From the NCBI GenBank assembly GCA_963726685.1, contig CAVSDG010000008.1, forward strand, positions 267,073 to 331,072: 64,000 bases of DNA. The letters run 5' to 3'. A program made the translations under genes and the position numbers. Under the pieces are notes generated by a model that saw nothing but the letters and a program-made list of their open reading frames with translations, ran no database searches and had not been told where the DNA came from. This DNA comes from an uncultured Planctomycetota bacterium. GTDB taxonomy: Bacteria > Planctomycetota > Planctomycetia > Isosphaerales > Isosphaeraceae. Of this stretch, positions 62,634 to 64,000 are shown piece after piece; position 1 is the first letter of the stretch; each line of letters starts with the position of its first letter.

Positions 62634-64000
62634 TCAGTCGGCGGCCGACTCCTCCAGGACCTTCCGGTAGGCCTCGCGGGCGTGCTCGTACGCCTTGCGC
62701 GGCCTCCTCCCGCTCGGCCGGCCGGGTGTTCTTCTCCTTTTGCGACCAGCACTGGTCGACCGACTTCAGGCACCACTCGGCCGACCGCCTCGAGGCCCGG
62801 ATCGGCTTGCCCCCGACCAGGACGGGCACCGGATTGGTGTGCGACGACGGATAAATCCGCAGCGCCACCCAGCTCGACCGCTCGATGGGGATCGCGAACT
62901 CGACCTCGCGGAACTTGCCGTCGGCCTCGATCTCTCGCCGAGCGACCGGCCGGCCGTTGACGACGACCTCGAGGGGAACCGTCCTCGAATCGCCGAGCCG
63001 GGCCCGCTCGATGTTCCAGTACGGCTTCTCCGCGAGCGAACGGGCGCGAATCCGCTTCGCCTCCTCGGACGGCTTCGGATCGAGGTAGGCGGCGACTTGG
63101 CGCGGACGGTCACGGTCCCGGGCCCGTCGAGAGTCCGCGTCCCCTCGCCAACTCGCGTCTCCTCGACGCGGAAATCGACGAGGTGGCTGAATCCGTCCGA
63201 CACGTAGGAGCGGCCCTGCTTGATCCCCTCGGCCCATCGGTCGAAGTCGAGCGGGCCGTCGGCGAGCCTGACGTAGGAGCGGCCGAGGCCGACCCGCTCG
63301 CCGTAGATGCACGGGAAATCGGTCTCGCCGCTGATCTTCGCGGTGTAGCCGCAGTTGAGCGTGTGATACCAGATGCTCAGCTCCGACGGCGCGGGCGTGT
63401 CGACGGTCGAGATGAAGTCGACGGCGTCGTGGGTGACGTCGACGATGTATTCATTGGCGCCGATGCCGTCGAACGGCGGGATCTCGTAGGTCGGGACCGA
63501 CTGGTCCTTCGTCAGCAGCCCCCAGCCCGAGTGCGAGAAGCCGACGACGCCCCCCTGCTCCTTCGCCCACTTCAGCACCGGCAGGTCCCAGCTCGGCCAC
63601 TGCTCGATCCGGGTCGTGCCGGGATAGTCGTCCTCCTTGAGGCGGAGCAGGCAGAGGTGCCCCGCGTGCGACGAGGGGAAGCCCGAGACCTCGACGTCGT
63701 AGCGCATCAGGTGCTCGGGCGTCGAGAGCGGGCTGACTTTGCCCTCGAAGAACTGCTTCTGGTAGTACCAGCACGGCCCCCAGCTCAGCATGCAGCCGAC
63801 GTCGAGGTCCTCGCCGAGGATGTGCCGCATCATGTCCTCGGGCCGCACGCCCTCCGTCGGGCTCTCGTAGTGGCCGCACCCGGCGGCGTGGACGTGGTGG
63901 TCGCCCGAGAACCAGCGCATCTCCGCGAGGTCCGCCCACCGCTCGAGCCGGAACGACTCGCGATGGGATTTGGCGTCGGGGACCGTGATCGTCCGCGTCT
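62634..64000 (-). CDS. CehA/McbA-type PHP-like metallohydrolase, N-terminus probably beyond the right edge, frame broken near 63097 and 62700
   Basis: WFSGDHHVHAAGCGHY motif. The frame stays open upstream of M63920 to the window end (TRTITVPDAKSHRESFRLERWADLAE). The C-terminus is reconstructed as ...VTVRAK-VAAYLDPKPSEEAKRIR...AEREEAA-RKAYEHAREAYRKVLEESAAD, with the stop at 62636-62634. Confidence 0.75.

Overview
This is a high-G+C bacterial chromosomal segment. It carries a Planctomycetota signature: a PSCyt1/DUF1549/DUF1553 protein, a TIGR03067 protein, a TAT-signal Gfo/Idh/MocA oxidoreductase, long ECF-sigma fusion proteins and a polytopic Ser/Thr kinase. I support about 50 protein genes and one tRNA-Ser(CGA). 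I found no rRNA and no CRISPR.

The left third (2-23 kb) is an IS-rich accessory zone:
- two copies of one IS5-family element
- one IS256-family element
- one IS3-family element that splits a lipoprotein gene
- an IS701-like transposase
- visibly lower-G+C patches next to tRNA-Ser and next to comM

The comM-side patch holds a two-gene module. Its larger protein ends in a HEPN-like R-x4-H domain and is followed directly by an 80-nt perfect nested palindrome. This is my best candidate for an undescribed toxin or defence system.

The rest is mostly housekeeping and envelope genes:
- an RND efflux operon, comM and archease
- an atypical NtrC-like activator and xerC/D
- two tandem ECF-sigma/TM/coiled-coil/STN-like fusion paralogs
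- an FHA-GAF histidine kinase preceded by a 34-bp-periodic motif array
- an MFP plus TolC pair
- yhhQ, glmS, trpF, trxA, cax, rpoD, dnaG, htrA and asnB

At least 24 otherwise conserved genes, including rpoD, glmS and htrA, are interrupted by 1-2 nt frame disruptions, mostly at short homopolymers. Many ORF-track entries are therefore fragments of a single gene, and I report reconstructed gene spans. Two genes run off the window edges and are missing from the ORF track.
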